DNA of 64,000 nucleotides from Selaginella moellendorffii (Eukaryota; Plantae; Lycopodiophyta): NCBI RefSeq assembly GCF_000143415.4, contig NW_003314422.1, positions 133,140 to 197,139 of the forward strand, read 5' to 3'. Shown piece by piece: positions 61,758 to 64,000 of this stretch (position 1 is its first letter; each line of letters starts with the position of its first letter). The notes under the pieces were generated by a model. It saw only the letters and a program-made list of their open reading frames with translations, ran no database searches and was not told where the DNA came from. The position numbers and the translations under genes were made by a program.

Positions 61758-61882
61758 GCCAGGTGATTTCGTTCTTTGTTTATCACTGTATATCATCCTA
61801 GAACACGCATGCTTTTCCATGCAGTTACTATCTGTATCATCGGAGTGTCGCTCGCCAACGAAAATCCATCCCGCTCTCGTCC

Positions 61883-62325
61883 TCACAGGTACTTGGCCTG
61901 CTGCCTTGTGCGACGCCTTCTCATTTGCCTGTGGTACCGTTTCCTGTCGTGCGCAGATTTCGTTTGGTATGGCTGCCACCGTCAAGTTCGATACGAGAAT
62001 GAATGGCCGACCTCCAAGCGATCCAAGTGCCTACCTTCTTTTGGTTGGGTGTCAAGCCATTCCACCGGGTTCCAAGGAGTCTACCAATCTGCCCAAAGGT
62101 AGCGCTTGGATTTTGCTTTACAACCTTCTTCCGGTTGGCCTTGCAGAAGAACATATAAGGAGCCAATGGACGCTTTGGTCCAGGCCTTGTGTACCTCGAG
62201 CGCTTATAGGTACTGCTACCGCTCGCTCCTTTGATCGCTGTTGCATCCACAGAGGTTTCCAGACAGTCTCAAGATCCATTCCTATCTACTTGGTCGATCT
62301 CACGATCAAGCTGAAACTTACACAT
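61883..62325 (-). CDS. Small single HMG-box protein
   Basis: PKRPLAPYMFFCKANRKKVVKQNPSATFGQIGRLLGTRWNGLTPNQKK / PYQTKSAHDRKRYHRQM. The start exon is inferred. Confidence 0.8.
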
Positions 62326-62714
62326 TCTTTCTTTCGCTGCTCCAAAGAAACTACAGCACTGAAACTTACACTGGCGAGCGAGTATCAAGTGTTCACAACG
62401 GTGTGGAAACGCCGCGGACCCCTTGGACTACGTGGAAGACACCTGGCAATGTTTACACGTGTTTTTTTATCAATCGTCCACGTGCCCTTCGTTCTTGCTT
62501 GGCTAAAAATAGCCGAGAAATGCTAAGGATTTAGGTCACAATATAGGGCTTATAATGTAAAATACGCGCTCTCTCCCGCGCGATCGATCGATCGGTCGAA
62601 GCGAGCGACGGCGCATCGCGCGGCTCGATCGGGTCGGACCAGCTACAAGGTAAGAATCTAGCCGCATTCGAATGCTAGTGAGCTGAATCGAATGCGCGTA
62701 GCTAGGGGGCGGTT

Positions 62715-64000
62715 ATGGTAGCTTTCGGGAAGAAGCTGCGAGAGCAGCGGGTTTCGGAATGGAAAGAGTAAGCCTTTTGCCTCAAATCTTCGATCGCTCG
62801 ACGCTGTTAACAACGATTTCTTTCTTTGCAGCTACTACATTTCTTACAAGATGATGAAGAAAAAGGTGAAGTACTATTCGCAGCACGGTGATTTCAACAC
62901 CAGGGAAGACCGACAGCGAGTTCTCAAGGAGTTTTCGTCCATGCTTGATCGTCAGGTAAGAACTTGGATTTTGTTTCTTTGATTGCTACTACCGACTTTG
63001 CTTTTCGATGTAGATCGAGAAGATTGTTCTCTTCCTCATCGTGAGGCAAGGAGACTTGGCTGAGAGGCTGAGAAAGCTGGGAGCCGAGAGAGAAAGGTGT
63101 GAGAAAGAACAACCAGCGGATTTGGATTGGAGAGACAGGTTTCGCGACGCTTATAATGATGTTGGAAAGGATCTGCTCAAGCTGCTCTACTTTGTGGAAG
63201 TGAACGCCATCGGCTTGAGAAAGATTCTCAAGAAATTTGATAAGCACATTGGGTACAGGCTGACGGATTACTACGTCTCCAGCCGCTCCAATCATCCATA
63301 CTCGCAGCTGCAACAAGTTTTCAAACACGTGGTTAGTGTTGGATCTTTGTTTTCCATTACTGTCAGATCGGTCCCTCACTCAGTGACGTGTTTGAATTTT
63401 TTTCAGGGAATCGGAGCAATGGTTGGAGCTCTGACACGAAACCTTTCAGAGTTGGAGGAACATAGAAAGTCTTTGACTTCCATTTACGACTATCCTGATG
63501 TTCCAGCTCGAGTAAGACTGTTTGTTTATATGCGCCACACACTGACTCGATGGTTCTAGTTACCGATTGTTGAGTCGATAAAAGCAGCACAAGAAAGATT
63601 GACAAATTCCACGAACTTCCTTCAGTTCCTTGGACAGCATGCAATGCTCATGAAAGATGAGTTTCCTAGAGCTCCCGGTGAAGAGGACGTTCAGGAAGAG
63701 CAGTACCATTTGATGTCTCTTATCCTCAACCTCGCGAACACATTCTTGTACATGGTATGTGAGGTGCCGGTATCTACTTGCACAAACTTATGTCATGGTT
63801 GCAGGTGAACACGTACATCATCGTTCCAACGGCTGACAAGTATGCCCTGAGCATGGGTGCTGCGCCAACACTGTGCGGAGTTATAATCGGAGCAATGGCT
63901 GTAGCTCAGCTGGTATCCTCTGTGTATTTCAGTGCATGGTCGAACACCTCTTACTTTCGGCCTCTCATATTCAGTAGTGTGATGCTCTTCATGGGGAACT
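62715..64000 (+). CDS. SPX-MFS vacuolar phosphate transporter (PHT5/VPT-like), 5' part, runs off window
   Basis: [77 protein letters not shown]. Confidence 0.93.

Overview
This is eukaryotic land-plant nuclear DNA with compact genes and mostly ~50-90 bp GT-AG introns. The gene style and the PPR type suggest a lycophyte such as Selaginella (inference only). Apparently intact genes: a three-exon gene fusing a long hydrophobic domain to a cyanovirin-N (CVNH) lectin domain, a rhomboid protease, a PPR protein, two NPF/PTR transporters, a profilin-like protein, a BOI/SBP-type RING E3 ligase, GidA/MnmG, a YlqF/RbgA-type GTPase, an HMG-box protein and the 5' part of an SPX-MFS transporter. Disrupted genes: a ParB-like plus beta-class amino-methyltransferase gene, an ACT-domain STY kinase, a PMEI-PME, an NB-ARC-LRR gene, a partial gidA duplicate and two intronless MACPF + beta-tripod(Vps62-like) toxin-type genes, one of which has only a single 1-bp frameshift. 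Mobile DNA: two Ty3/gypsy remnants, a non-autonomous LTR element, two copies of a TRIM family with perfect target-site duplications, and a complete Cassandra-type TRIM (5S rRNA segment in its LTRs) nested in one of them. The strongest candidates for undescribed biology are the MACPF/beta-tripod pair, the hydrophobic-domain/CVNH fusion, the ParB-methyltransferase remnant and the nested Cassandra. All family assignments come from motifs recognised by eye; no searches were run.
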